The notes below the pieces were generated by a model, which saw nothing but the letters and a program-made list of their open reading frames with translations, was not told the DNA's origin and searched no databases. A stretch of DNA of 64,000 bases from Lama guanicoe (lineage: Eukaryota), in contig MU056050.1 of the NCBI GenBank assembly GCA_013239625.1, forward strand, positions 6,147,366-6,211,365, in the 5' to 3' direction. This document shows positions 40,665 to 52,376 of this stretch, piece after piece (the first letter of the stretch is position 1; every line of letters begins with the position of its first letter). The position numbers and the translations under genes were made by a program.

Positions 40665-40900
40665 TAAGAATGCGAGCTCCATAGGGCCAGAAACCATGTA
40701 TCCCTGATACTTAGGATTGTAAGCGCTTAGTACCTATTGGTCTAAAAACAATTTGTTGTAAGTGATTTTTTGTCTATTTATTTGCTTCTTTTCTGTCTCA
40801 TCCACTGAAAAGATCACATTCACCACTGTAAGCCCAGATCATCACACAATGCCTGGTATACAATAGGAGCTCAAAGAATGTTTGTCAGATGAGTAAAAAT
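40665..40900 (+). mobile_element. L2 3' tail fragments
   Basis: gaatgcgagctccatagggccag...acaatgcctggtatacaataggagctcaaagaatgtttg. Confidence 0.55.
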
Positions 40901-41049
40901 GAATTCTTCCATTGCAATATACTTCTGGTGGGTAGAAAGAAGCAAGCATATGCAAAAGATCAGACCAACTGGCCCAAGAAAACCTGTATTTCAGGAAAAT
41001 TATACTCGTATAAAGCACATAAAATTTATCTCTAAAATTCCTACCAGTT

Positions 41050-41298
41050 ATCAAAGGCCAAGGCAAATGAGGGATTCCCCTTGGACACAAAATGTAAGGG
41101 GGCAGTAAAAGATTCAGAATTAAGATAAATAATATTTTAATGCAAGATTTTTTTAAAAATCGAAAATAATGTAAAAATGCACGATGAACAAAATATAAAA
41201 ATTTTAAGTAAAGACAGGATCAGTATCAGTGCAGTGTCTAGCCATATTGGAGCCTGAGACAAAAGAAAAATATCAGTAATACTGATTGTCATCTTTAA
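41050..41298. mobile_element. MER96B-like hAT-Tip100 element
   Basis: aagataaataatattttaatgcaa...taaagacaggatcagtat...agccatattggagcctgag...atactgattgtcatcttta with internal inverted repeat. Confidence 0.65.
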
Positions 41299-41319
41299 TG
41301 TCCCCTTCCTTCTAAAGAT

Positions 41320-41650
41320 GATAATTCCTCAGCTATTTCTTAAATCTGTCTACTTCCTTCCATCTCTACTGCTACCATCACCTGAAGTTATCACCATCAC
41401 CTTCCACCTTAACCATAGCACTAAACTTCTAACTGATCAAGATTTCATCTTCTCTGCTCTCCAATTCATTCCTCACACTGCAGCGACTAAGCTTTCTAAA
41501 CATTTCATGTCACCCCCACTGCTAATACAGAGTCTACATATTTCAAAATGGCTTGAGTCCTTCACAATCATGCCCCAGCATTGTCTTTTACCATACCCCA
41601 TTGTATCCAATCCACCAGATACTCTTGACTTCTTTAAGTTTTTTGAATGA
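41320..41650 (+). mobile_element. L2 fragment
   Basis: ccatctctactgctacca...ctccaattcattcctcacactgcagc. Confidence 0.55.
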
Positions 41651-42329
41651 ACACGATATGATAAAGTGGGAAAATTTTAAAGCATAAAGGTAGCACTTAG
41701 GGAAACAGTTGTAAATTCAAGAGCTGCGCCTCAAAATTATAATCATTAAATGACAGTGGGATAAATGAGAGACAATCAAGTCTACAATCTGCTTCATTAC
41801 CCAAACTACACTCAAAGAAATTAATTTAGTTTATGGTATATCATTTTTTCTTGTTTCATTCTGTAGTCCAAGTCACCAATAGTGTGATATTGAAATAAAC
41901 ATTAACTTTTTTCTTTGAATTATAAATGTCTTACATAAAGATAGAACTCTGCTTATTATATCCAGAGCAGAGAAGAAACATTAGCAAATTCTTTGATCAA
42001 AATCTTATTTACGTTTCTTTCGTGAAATATTCATTTCTCTGCTCCAAACAAGATAGATTGCTCTCATGAAAGTCATTAATGCCCATTAGTAAAGGATAAT
42101 GTACTTGAACTTTCCCATATCCTTAGATTGACCACAGAGACACATACTCCACCAAGGCTGGCACATGCTTATCTAAAATCAAGGTGCAGGGCTTATCTAA
42201 AGCTAACGAAAGCCTATTTTTCTCAGCAGCGCTATCAACTGCACACAGACATATGGATTTGCATACTGTTCTTTCTTTTCCTTAGGCTTTAGTTGCTCTT
42301 GAATCTGGATACTGACCTAAATTCGAGTG

Positions 42330-42530
42330 CTATGCTGTCCAATATGATAGCCTCTAGCCACCTAGAGGCTATTTTTTAATTAATTACAATTAAACAAAAT
42401 TTACAATTAAATTCATCAGTAACACTACCCACATTTCAAATGCTCAATAGCCATAGGTGGCCAATGGCTACCGTACTGGGCAGATATGGAATACTTCCAT
42501 CACTGTAGAAAGTTATCGGACACAGCTGCT
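42330..42530. mobile_element. MER3-like hAT-Charlie element
   Basis: gctgtccaatatgatagcc...cacatttcaaatgctcaatagcc...tccatcactgtagaaagtt. Confidence 0.7.
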
Positions 42531-44739
42531 CTCATATGTTTCAAAGCATCCACCTCCCTGCTCCACCCAGTACAGGGATTCAAACGGAATTCTAATTCCT
42601 CGGCTTCCCCCCTCTCCACATTCTGAAAAGATTTAGATTTTTTTTTTAAATCCCATATTATACCTCAGCTTTAGTCAAAGTAGAGACTCTGACAGTTTTA
42701 TTACTACCTTAACAAGTCACTTCATGATTTAAAAAAAATTACTATTGTAAAAAAGCATTTATCCAGACCGGATTTGGTAGCTGTATGAAGTCTATTCATT
42801 TAATAGAAGCTCATTTCCAGCACATGATTCCTGGCTTCCTTGCCCCCTAATGTGCTCTGTACCCGGCAGCGCTCACAGGATATGTCCTTTCCAAGAAAGC
42901 TTCCTTACATCAGCCACATTCAGACCCATTTAAAATCATGTTCAGGCATTTGCTTTATGTTTTCACAGTCACAGGAAATTACTTCTTTCACTTGAGTTTC
43001 ATTTCTTGCTTTCCTTTTTTTTCTTTTTAAGGAAAAGACTATCTACTGTGGCAATAAAGCATTTGTGTTCTCTGCAGCTAGATAATTGAAGAAGAAATAC
43101 TGACAGGCATATTGCTATATCAATAATGCACTGTCCTTCACAGACAAAAGGCACAGCTACTGATCCACCTCCAATAAAGCACAGGCCTTAAACTGTGTCT
43201 CCAGTGGTGAGAATGGGTTTGTCTTAACCCTTCCGAAAATGATCATTTGTGTAATACCTGCCTGGAGTTAGGGTGCCATCTGTGGCCAGATGGGGGCTCA
43301 ATCTGTGACCAGGGCCAGGTCTCATTTTTAATTATAGTTAGGAAACAATGCTGTGGCCAGAATCACTGCTCAACTTATATTTGATGCTGATAGCCAGGGA
43401 ATACATGAGAATTAGGGATTAGTAGGCCTGTGTTCTAACTCCTTTAACCTAGCAAGGTGCAGATAATAATAGTCTGGGGCAGAAATATACAACGTTCTCC
43501 TCTACCCCAAGGCTAGTACATTTCAAAGCATGCATGCCTTCAATTTCCCATGCTGTACCTATAGAGCAGACATCATTAACCGGCCTTGGCTTTCTTTCCT
43601 GCTGTGTTCAGAAGAGACCTCAAATGTCTTCTCACCACAGTGCCCTATGCAGCCACTACCGGTCAATCAGAATTGGCCCAAAAGATTAAACCTATTTATC
43701 ATTGCTCCAGAGAGGTCCATGGACCAAGCAGCAGATTACTCCTGGAAAAAAGATTGTTATGATTCTGACCATTTTTTGAGGTCAGAAGAAGGGAACAATC
43801 AACTTAAGGGGAGGGCCTGAGGCAAATAAAATCTGTGTACAAGCACTCCCCTCATTCAAAGGTGAAGAGTTGCCACAGGCAGCCTGAGGAGGGATGAGAA
43901 ACAGGCAGGAAAGTGCTATTTCCAAGCCACTTGCTCTAGTCTTAAATTTGCATACCGTTGGAAACAACATGGTTTTGTGCCAGTTGGATATATTTGCAGC
44001 TCTTTCTACCTTTTGCTGCATGAGTTACTGAATAGTTTCAGCCTCCTTGTTTATATGAGCAGCCACTGAGAAATCCCCCTCAAAAAATTCCAAAAGATTC
44101 AACTCTTTTTACTATCCCCTAGAAATGACTGACCAATAGTGGAGACTGAGTCTCAAGAGACACCATTCTTTTCTGGGTATGCCCTTCAGTCACCAGAAAG
44201 CATCTTCCTGAGCTGTCTCTTTTCAATTTTAGAACCACACATTACTAGATTTACTATCTTTCCAAAGACGTGCTCCACAATTCTACCAAAAGCTTTCATT
44301 TCATCATACTTGAGAACTGAGTGCTCCTATAGATCTAAGCTCTCAAACTTTCTCCAACCACAATTCCAAAGAATCTCAGTGTTGCGGTAACCCTTAAAAT
44401 TTACCTAGTCCAGCCATCCATCTGTTACTTGGCTCTCCGTAGCATCCTCAACAAGTTGTCATTCAGCAATTCTTGGATCATTACAGAGCCAGGCCAACCA
44501 TTATTTCCCAAGGCATTCATTCCACCAACATCTTGCACTGTGCCTTTCCATATTTGCACAGTTCCCATCCCATTTCTATACATTTCTTCCTTATATTGTG
44601 CCAAAAATCTCTCTTCTGGTTCCTTCTAGCCATCAGCCTTCATTCTGCTTCATGATACCTTACCAAAAGAAAACAAACAAACAAAAAACAGAAGAAGAAG
44701 TAATCTGTTCTTCCTTACATATCACAGACTTTGAGATGT

Positions 44740-45050
44740 CTGTGGACAGTTATTAAGACCATTCTTGTGCTTTCTCTCCTCCAAGCTAATCAGGCCCTAT
44801 TCCTGTGGCTGTTAGCCATCAAGTCCCTTCCACACCCTAGTCATCTTTTACTTAACATGCTTTGGCTTGTCAATCTCGCTCTTCAAGTCTCAGAACTGAA
44901 TGTTCTTTTTAAAGTTTGACTTAATCATAGCTGATTAAGGCAAAGCTGTTATTTTTCTTTCTCTAGATATTACATTTCTATTGATGGTTTTTAAACTGGT
45001 ATTCCCTTTATTTGGAGATCATCTTACATTCTTGACTTACTGAGCTTTTA
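44740..45050 (-). mobile_element. L3/CR1 relic
   Basis: ctcctccaagctaatc...cagaactgaa...ctagatattacatttctattgatg resembles antisense CR1 ORF2 end. Confidence 0.5.
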
Positions 45051-45289
45051 TTTCTCCTCCCCATCACTGCTTCCAATCTTTCAGGTCTTCTTTTAAAATA
45101 GTGCTTGGGTCTCTCCCTGTCTTCTGTTCAAATACCTCCCACCCATGATTTGGCACTAATCACCACTTGTCTGGATTATTAAAATGGTCTCCTAACTGAC
45201 CTTCCTTTCTCCTAACAGACTTATTCTTTCTCCTATTCCAGTTCATCCTCTGGCCTATTAGCACTTCCTAGTATATCACCTTGGTGGTA

Positions 45290-45535
45290 TTTTAGTATAG
45301 TCATTCAGGGCTTGGGCTTTGGAGCCAGACTACTTGGTTCAGATCTCAGCTGTACTATTCATGAGTTCTGTGAACTTAGGGAAGTCATTTAACCTCAAAG
45401 AGCCTTATTTCATTCATCTTTCAAACATGGCTAATAATGGTATCTATCTCACAGAGTACCATAAATGAGGTACCACGTATAAATTAGCCTCAGGCTTGGT
45501 ACATAGTAAATGTGCAATAACTGTGAGCTATCATT
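45290..45535 (+). mobile_element. MIR SINE, near full length
   Basis: ggctttggagccagactacttggttcagatctcagc...gtcatttaacctc...ttggtacatagtaaatgtgcaataa. Confidence 0.82.
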
Positions 45536-45549
45536 TTATATCTGCTGTT

Positions 45550-46305
45550 GTCACTCCGCAGGCCAAAAATCCCCCATGTTTTTCATTGCTTATCAAATGA
45601 ACTGAAATATCTTTTACCTAATATCTAAAGCTCTGTATAATCTAACCCCAAACTACTACAGATCAGCTTGATTATTTTGGAAAAGTTACCTGTTTCTTCA
45701 CCTATGAGATTAAATTATCTCCAATGCCCCTTCAAGACCAGACACTCTATGATTCAACATTTCTAGTCAGTTGGCCCCTTCTATCTATATATACTATACA
45801 TAGCTTCCTGAAAAAGTCTTTTTCTCTCCAGCCTTTGCTCATGCCATTTTCTCCACTGGAAATGCCTCTCCATCTTGTCCTTCAAGATACTGTTCAAATG
45901 CTATCTCCTCCATAAATCCTTTTTTTAAAATTTTTTTAAAATTTTACCTTTCTTTTGAGGAGGGAGGTAAGGAGGTTTATTTATTTATTTATTTTAACGG
46001 AGGTACTGAGGATTGAACCCAGGACTTCATGCGTGCTAAGCACGTACTCTACCACTGAGCTATACCCTCCCCCAACTCTTCCATAGATCCTTCAATCCAA
46101 AGAGATCACTCTCTCCTCTGAAGCTCCTAAAACTATTAGTTTCTTTGGTTCTGTCATACTGATCACATCCTATACATCTCTTATATCCTCTACCAGACTG
46201 TATAGAGATATATAGAGACTGCACCATTTTCAGCTATGTATTCAGCTCACTGTCCAACACTGTGCCTCCTATATTGTAGGATATTACAATGCTTATTAAA
46301 TGAAG
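45550..46305 (+). mobile_element. L2 fragments hosting the tRNA-derived SINE
   Basis: cagcctttgctcatgcc...ttcaaatgctatctcctccataaatcc[SINE]...cctctaccagactgt. Confidence 0.5.
45922..46075 (-). mobile_element. tRNA-Ala(AGC)-derived SINE, camelid Vic-1 type
   Basis: Minus strand ggggagggtatagctcagtggtagagtacgtgcttagcacgcatgaagtcctgggttcaatcctcagtacctcc (A box, B box, AGC loop), A-rich tail; 17-bp TSD with 15 matches at 45905-45921 and 46076-46092. Confidence 0.9.
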
Positions 46306-47282
46306 AGTGAAGCTTTACATATAAGCTTTACATTTACACAAAATTTTCACTGTGTCAGTATATATAGTTTCAACTGATTCAAATTTCTTTGGCATACATT
46401 CTTAACAAATACTCGGGAAATTGGCAAATACCCACCATGCAACTCTAAGCACTAGTGGGACATTCCTTATTTTTTTGGAAACTTCTAATTACAGATGGTT
46501 AGACAAAAGCACTGTTTTTCAATAAAATAATTTGTTCCCCAAACATGAATATGTTAGAATAGTTGAAGTCTAGAACTGTAACTATAAAGTCTAGCAACAG
46601 TTAAAGTCTAGAAAATTGAGTAAGAGGAGAACTTGGCCAAATCAAGGGATACTGAGAAAATAAGAAAAAGCCATCCTACCACCTGTGGGAAATGGCTGCC
46701 TGCTCAAGAAGATGGCCTGAGTCTTCCATGAAGACCTCTTGTGATGAACCTATTTAGCTATAACATCTTAAAATATCAAAATAGTTGACGGTGCTTGTGT
46801 CTCCCTCACACACAGCCCAAAGCTTCCCTTACATGAAGCTCTATATCCCATCTGCCAGCCTGTGTGACACAAATGCCCAGAAATCCCCACCACTACTCAT
46901 TTTGTCCCATGATGATACTGAAGGCCCTGGTTTCTGATTGGATACTGCAAAAAAGGGAAGGAGTCTGTGAGATGTCACAGAAGAAACCACTTAAGCCATA
47001 ATTTTGTCAAAAATGAGAGTTGTAATACTCTGAGTTTTGCGAAAATTCCTGTAACTTCCTGTGGGAAGCAATGTCCTTGTTCTCCTCCCTTTTTATGAAG
47101 AGAAGTCCTCCCGCCTATGTGGCATACCATGGGGATGGAACATCTCAGAATTTAGATTTTTCTCCCATACTCATAATTATCAGTGCAAAGCCATAATACA
47201 TTTCAGTATTTCTCAATTACCTCTCAGTCACTTTCTACTCTTCAAAGCACTTTCATATACATTTTTATTCATCTTTTAAATA

Positions 47283-47502
47283 TAGTTGCTCCTTGAACAA
47301 TGCAGGGGTTAGAGGTGCCAATCCATCATGCAGTCAAAAATCAACGTATAATTTATAGTCGGCCCTCTGTAATCCCAGTTTCACACCTGCGATTCAACCA
47401 ACCATGAATCAGATTATGTAGTATTGTATTATTTACTATTGAAAAAAATCTGTGTCTAGTGGACCTGAACAGTTCAAACCTGCATTGTTCAAGAGTCAAC
47501 TG
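47283..47502. mobile_element. Tigger2/MER8-like MITE
   Basis: TIRs TA|tagttgctccttgaacaatgc ... gcattgttcaagagtcaactg|TA. Confidence 0.8.
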
Positions 47503-47519
47503 TACTGGAAATAATGGCC

Positions 47520-47725
47520 AGTCACTGTACTGAGCACTTAATATGAATTGCATCATTTAATTCTCACATAAACCCTATGAGGTAGGTGCTATTATTATCC
47601 TCATTTTATGAATGTGCAAATCAAGACACAGGAAAGTTAATAATTTGCACAGACAGCTAGTAAATGATGGAGCCAATATTCACAATCAAATCTGCCTGAC
47701 TAGAGTCAGTGTTATTTAACAAAAA
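47520..47725 (-). mobile_element. MIR SINE
   Basis: catcatttaattctcacataaaccctatgaggtaggtgctattattatcctcattttat. Confidence 0.85.
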
Positions 47726-47764
47726 TACCATATACACACACACATATATACATATATATGTATA

Positions 47765-48010
47765 TAATCATAGTATATTTATACTTTCTACCCTGCCTTT
47801 GAAAAATACTGTAGAATCTCTCAGTGTCAATAAATATAGCTCTACATTGTCATTTCAAATGCATTTTTAGTGTTTCATTATAAGGCTGTACCAAAATTAT
47901 TTAATCTCTTTTTGATAGACATTTTCTGTCTAGTTTTTCACAATGTAAATAGTATTGTGCTGAAAACCTTGTATGTCTATACATCTTCATGCACATGTAT
48001 TACTATTTTC
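47765..48010 (-). mobile_element. Ancient L1 (L1ME-like) 3' fragment
   Basis: gtcaataaatatagctctac...ttgatagacatttt...gtattgtgctgaaaacctt. Confidence 0.5.
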
Positions 48011-49464
48011 TCAGAAGCTGTAACATGAGAGACCTGCAAAATAACATTTCAAGGAAAGTCCCCAAGGGAAAGAGCCAAGCCAATGGCTTTTTAGAACCAA
48101 AAAGAAATTCCAAAATGCAAATGTACTTAATGGGGAGCAAAGAGAGAAAGAACAAAAGTAAAACAGCAAAAATCAAAGAATGAATAAGAAGAATTTGTAT
48201 ACAGAGGGTCAAGGACATAAGGGAAAAAGAGAAAGCTAAATCAAAACTAAAGGCAGGACCTATGAACATTTGAGAATGAGTGACTAAGAAAGAAGAATAT
48301 TGGCTAGTGGTGGCCTTAATGGACAGACTGAACAGATTGACAGTGCAAAAAGAGAAATTTAGATCATGGAGTTCTTTTCAGAATTATTTTAGGAGCAGAG
48401 AGAAGGGAGGGGCCGTGGTGTTATGTTGAGGCACCAATCAAAGGAGAAAGAGACAGCTGATAGAGAAACTGACATGACAGCTCCAGAAGTGAGCAGCAGG
48501 ATCCAGTTGTTGAAAAAGAAATGCTCTCAGCCCTACTGGCCTCACTGCTGAGCTCAACATGACTTTGGAGGATAGAAGCTTCAGCAAAGTTTTGAAGACT
48601 GCTGTTTTCAGTGGCGCCTGGGAGGAAGGGGAAATGGCCATCAAGGTGACACAAGAAATCTAGCTGCAGAAGGTGCTAAAATTGGCAGAAGGCATACCCC
48701 TCAAAGAGCTAGAAACAGCAACAAAGGGATAGGCAATATTTGACTGACAAGTACTAGGGTTTCTCTGAAATTCTTTAAATGTCAAAGGCTGTGAAATGTG
48801 TCTGCATCAAGAAAAGGCTTTGGTATATGATTTTCTTCTCAAACGCTTGCAGAGAAATGAAATGCCAGGTGTACTGATGAAATTGAAGAAGATAGCAAAT
48901 AGCAATGGGTGGGTAAGGGAAGAAATTGAAGTAATAGTGGAGTAAGGAAAGCTACCATTATATGTGGTCTGCTATACCTCTCTTATGGAAAATGATGCCA
49001 TGTTTGAGAGAAGCAGAATGTAGGATGAAAATGGATGGTTTATATCTAGCCAGTTACACATTTTACAGATGAAATCATCCTGGCAATATGCACAGAAGGC
49101 CAGAGAAGCTGGAGTCAGACAAAGTGAAAAGTTATAAATATAGAAGCTAAAAGGAAATATGCTAGTAGCAAAATTCTCTAAGTGGTGAAAGTTCTTGGCA
49201 TCTACTCTGTAGGGAAAGAAGACATAGGAAGAATTTGGGAAATCAAAATAAAGCTCAGAAAAAATATACCAAATGTGAAGTGTTTGGAATTTATTAGAAT
49301 AGAAGCTAAGATTGAGCAAGTAGTTTTGGTGATGTATGGTCATCCTGATGAGAACCACTGAGGCAGCTATCTGAAACAATAAATTTGACATTCAGAAAGC
49401 TCATATTTCAGCACCTAGAAGAAAGGCTTATGTTTGATCAAAGTGGGATTGTTAGAAGAATTAA

Positions 49465-49710
49465 TTGTAGTGAAAGAGAAAAAACTTGAGCTTAGGCATC
49501 CGATAGACCTCAGCTTACATCTCAGCCCTGAAACTTACTAGCTATATGGCCTTAAGTAAGTTATCTCTTTAAGCTTTGGTTTCTTCATTTGTAAAATGGG
49601 AATTAAAATAGTATGGTCCACTGAGGGCTATTGTGAAGAACTGATGAGATAAGACACATAAAGTTCTTAGAAGAGTTCCTAGCATATAAAAAGTGCCCAG
49701 TAAATATAAG
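49465..49710 (+). mobile_element. MIR SINE
   Basis: acttactagctatatggccttaagtaagtta...tttcttcatttgtaaaatggg. Confidence 0.78.
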
Positions 49711-49824
49711 GATATCAGAAAAAAATGTTCACCAAAATTGTTCAAAATGGTAATTATCTCTTGGTGGTAGGATTTGAGTTCTTTACTTTCTTCTTTAATG
49801 GTTTTGCCTCTTGAATGGACTTTT

Positions 49825-50062
49825 TCAATAACATCTTATTTTGAAATAGTTTAAGATACACAAAGATGCAAAAATAGTACAGAGTTTCTGTGTACCCTTC
49901 ACCCAGTCGCTACCAATGTTAATAACTTAAAAAACCAGGTAGGCTTTATTCAAAGTTCATCAGTTTTTGCATATAACTTTTTTGTGTATAGTTCAATAAA
50001 ATATTATTATATGTGTAGATCTGAGTAATCATCACCACAATCAGGATATAAAACTTTTGATT
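49825..50062 (-). mobile_element. Ancient L1MC-like 3' fragment
   Basis: gcaaaaatagtacagagtttctgtgtacccttcacccag...caccacaatcaggata. Confidence 0.6.
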
Positions 50063-50146
50063 AGGCATTTTTATAAGATTAGCACCTTTTCTTTTTAGAG
50101 AAAAATATAATGGTAAAATTATATATTTTTTTCCTTTAAAAAAATC

Positions 50147-51230
50147 TCTACCAAAACTTATGGGATGCAACAAGAGCAGTTTTAAGAGGGAAGTTAATGG
50201 CTAAAAATGCCTACAGTAAGAAAAAAGAAAGATCTCAAATAAACAACCTAGCATTACACTTCAAGGAACTAGAAAAAGAACAAGTTAAGCCCAAAGTTAG
50301 TAGAAGGAAGGAAATAATAAAGATTAGAGCAGAAATAAGTGAAATAGAAAATAGGAAAATAATAGAAAAGGTGAACAAAACTAAGACTTGGTTCATTGAA
50401 AAGATAAACAAAACTAACAAACCTTTAGCTAGACTAACCAAGAAAAAGAGAGAAAGGACTAAAAAAAATCAGAAATGAAAGAAAAGACAGTATAACTGAT
50501 ACCACAAAAATACAAAGGATCATAAGAGACTACTATGAACAATTATATGCCAACAAATTGGACAATCCAAAAGAAATGGGTAAGTTCCTAATAATACACA
50601 ACCTACCAAGAATTAATCATAAAAAATAGAAATTCTGAACATAACAATTATAACTAAGAAGATTGAAACAGTAATCAAAAACCTCCTAATAAATAAAAGC
50701 TCAGGACCAAAAAAAAAGTTAAAGAAAAAACCATATAGAGATAAATTTAAAAAAATAAAAGGATATATATATATATATATATGGATCAGATGACTTCACA
50801 GGCAAAGTCTACCAAACATCTAAAGAATTAATGAGCATTCTTCTCAAACTCTTCCAAAAATTTGAAGAGAGAACACTTTCAAACACATTACATGAGGTCA
50901 GCTGTATCCTGATACCAAAGCCAGATAAGAACACTACAAGAAAAAAAAAAACAACTACAGAGCAATACCCCTGATGAATATACATGCAAAAATTCTCAAC
51001 AAAATACTAGCAAACCAAATTCAATAGCACATTGAAAGGATCATACACAACAATCAAGCAGAATTTATCTCTGGCATGCAAGGATGGTTCAACATACACA
51101 AATCAATAAATGTGATGTATTACATTAATAGAATAAAAGATAAAAATCATATGATAGCCTCAACAGATGCAGAAAAAAAGCATATGACAAAATTCAACAT
51201 CCTTTCTTGATTTAAAAAAAAACACTCAAT
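50147..51230 (+). mobile_element. L1 ORF2 internal fragment
   Basis: [35 protein letters not shown]; interrupted by an A/TA-rich insert at ~50710-50782. Confidence 0.85.
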
Positions 51231-51289
51231 AGAAGGTAAGAAAATAAAATAACAGAAAATTTCTAAAAAGTAAAACAAAAGTGATGAGC

Positions 51290-52372
51290 CAGAAAATAGA
51301 AAATATTAGTGCTGTATAGAATCAATCCAGGAAATCTAACATCCAACTAATTAATGCTGGGTCTTGAAATAGAAAGAAGAGAGAGTGAAGGAGAGGAAAT
51401 TATCACAGGAACACCATAAGAGAATATTCCAGGCCTGAAAAACATGAGTCTCAGATTAAAAGTGTTCAGGAAGGGTCCAACATAATGAGTGTTAAAAGCT
51501 ACCAAACCAAGGCACAGTACTGAAACTTCAGAACATCTGGGGAAAAAAAGTTTCCAAAAAGAAACTCATAAAGGAATCACAGAGAAAGGGAAGGAACATT
51601 ATATTTGAAGGAATAAGAATCAAAATGTCATGGGACTCTTATCCTCAAAACATTTTGTTTTGAAAATGTTGAAGCTAGAAATTAGAGTAAAGATGAGTAG
51701 AAAGATATCATTCACCTAGATTCATCAATAGCTAGCATTCTGCTACATTTGCTTAATTTCAATAGTTAGGTTAGGCAGGTAGGTGGATACAATTCAGAAA
51801 AATAAAAAAGAATATCCCATCATGAGACCGGTACAACAGGATAAGGGAGTAATCAGTCCAGGTAGGAGGAAGAGAGAAAGAGACCTTAAAAGAGGGAAAT
51901 CTTCAGTAAAGGGGATCTTATGATAGATGAGTAAATATGATGAAATGTTGGAGAGAGAAGAAAAGGACAGATGGGAGGTGTATTTGATGGAGCAACTTGG
52001 AAAAAATTAAAAAATACTATTTACATTATTATAATAATATAAACCCTGATACCATTTAATAAAAAATAGACATAACTATCTTGAAATAATGACAAAAATG
52101 AGGTGAAATGTATAAGAAAGTTAAATCCTTATCTACCACCACAAGAAATCAATAGATATTAAAATTTTAAAGTCAATAAGCAGCAGAATGAGCATTTGTC
52201 TAGAAACATGGAAGTAAAAAATAGAAAAAAGAGCTGAAAATATTGAAAGTGGTTTCTTCCAAAAAGTGAGACCCAGGAGTGCATAAGGAAGGGGCAGGAG
52301 ACTGTAGATTTTTGTCCTAAGTCCCTTAACTTTTTTAACTATGCAAATAAGTTACTTTTATTTAAAAAAAAT
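51290..52372 (+). mobile_element. Ancient HAL1-like (ORF1-only) element
   Basis: Degraded ORF1-like 51320-51640 followed by a HAL1-type 3' end ending in aactatgcaaataagttactttatttaaaaaaaa; no ORF2. Confidence 0.55.
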
Positions 52373-52376
52373 ACAT

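Noticed and set aside
45999..46072. Possible tRNA-Ala(AGC) gene
   Set aside because: Stem mismatches, altered 5' end, A-rich tail and TSDs identify it as a SINE.
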